Shown: positions 63,803 through 64,000 of the stretch, in pieces
Position numbering within the stretch: position 1 is the first letter of the stretch
Layout of the letters: each line of letters opens with the position of its first letter
Sequence record: OR780565.1
Strand: one strand, 5' to 3'
Length of the DNA: 64,000 nt
From: Escherichia phage DCP2
Made by a program: the position numbers and the translations under genes
The notes under the pieces: model-generated
What the model was told of the DNA's origin: nothing
Seen by the model: the letters and a program-made list of their open reading frames with translations, nothing else
The model's database searches: none

Positions 63803-64000
63803 ATGTCTGAAGTACAACAGCTACCAATTCGTGCTGTCGGTGAATACGTTATTTTAGTTTCTGAACCTGCACAAGCCGGTGATGAAGAAGTTACAGAATC
63901 AGGACTTATTATCGGTAAACGTGTTCAAGGTGAAGTTCCTGAACTGTGTGTAGTTCACTCTGTCGGTCCTGATGTTCCTGAAGGTTTCTGTGAAGTTGGT
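63803..64000 (+). CDS. 31: gp31 GroES-like co-chaperonin, N-terminal part (3' end outside window)
   Basis: AAAGGAAAAA RBS, ATG 63803; [22 protein letters not shown] matches T4 gp31; runs off window end. Confidence 0.85.

Overview
This window is a contiguous 64 kb segment of a T-even (T4-like, Tequatrovirus-type) coliphage genome. All identifications come from reading the translations and the DNA against remembered T4-family proteins and signals; no database search was run. Plus strand, early/middle genes: 3' end of DNA polymerase gene 43, imm, 42, a glycosyltransferase at the beta-gt locus, uvsX, 40, 41, dmd, sp, 61, dam, 56, soc, modB/modA, srd, dda, dexA, motB, 39, rIIA, rIIB, denB, ndd, stp, ac, 52, motA, arn, asiA. 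Minus strand, late block: holin t and tail-fibre genes 38, 37, 36, 35, 34. Plus strand again: rnh, dsbA, 33, 59, 32, frd, td, nrdA, nrdB, denA, 63 (RNA ligase 1), alc, pseT, cd and the start of 31. Many genes are preceded by T4-type early promoters (GTTTAC, then TATAAT-like about 17 bp later) and followed by GC-stem/UUCG hairpins. The phage is not T4 itself: gene 39 is one uninterrupted 605-codon ORF, td and nrdB have no introns, gp38 is a glycine-rich T2-type adhesin, the beta-gt locus holds a different GT-A-like enzyme, and segF is missing between 56 and soc. The most interesting candidate is an apparent insertion between 61 and dam: a minus-strand two-helix membrane peptide gene plus a plus-strand ORF with a PD-(D/E)xK nuclease signature whose stop overlaps the dam start codon. 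A second apparent insertion is a 115-codon ORF between frd and td. No tRNA, rRNA or CRISPR array was found.
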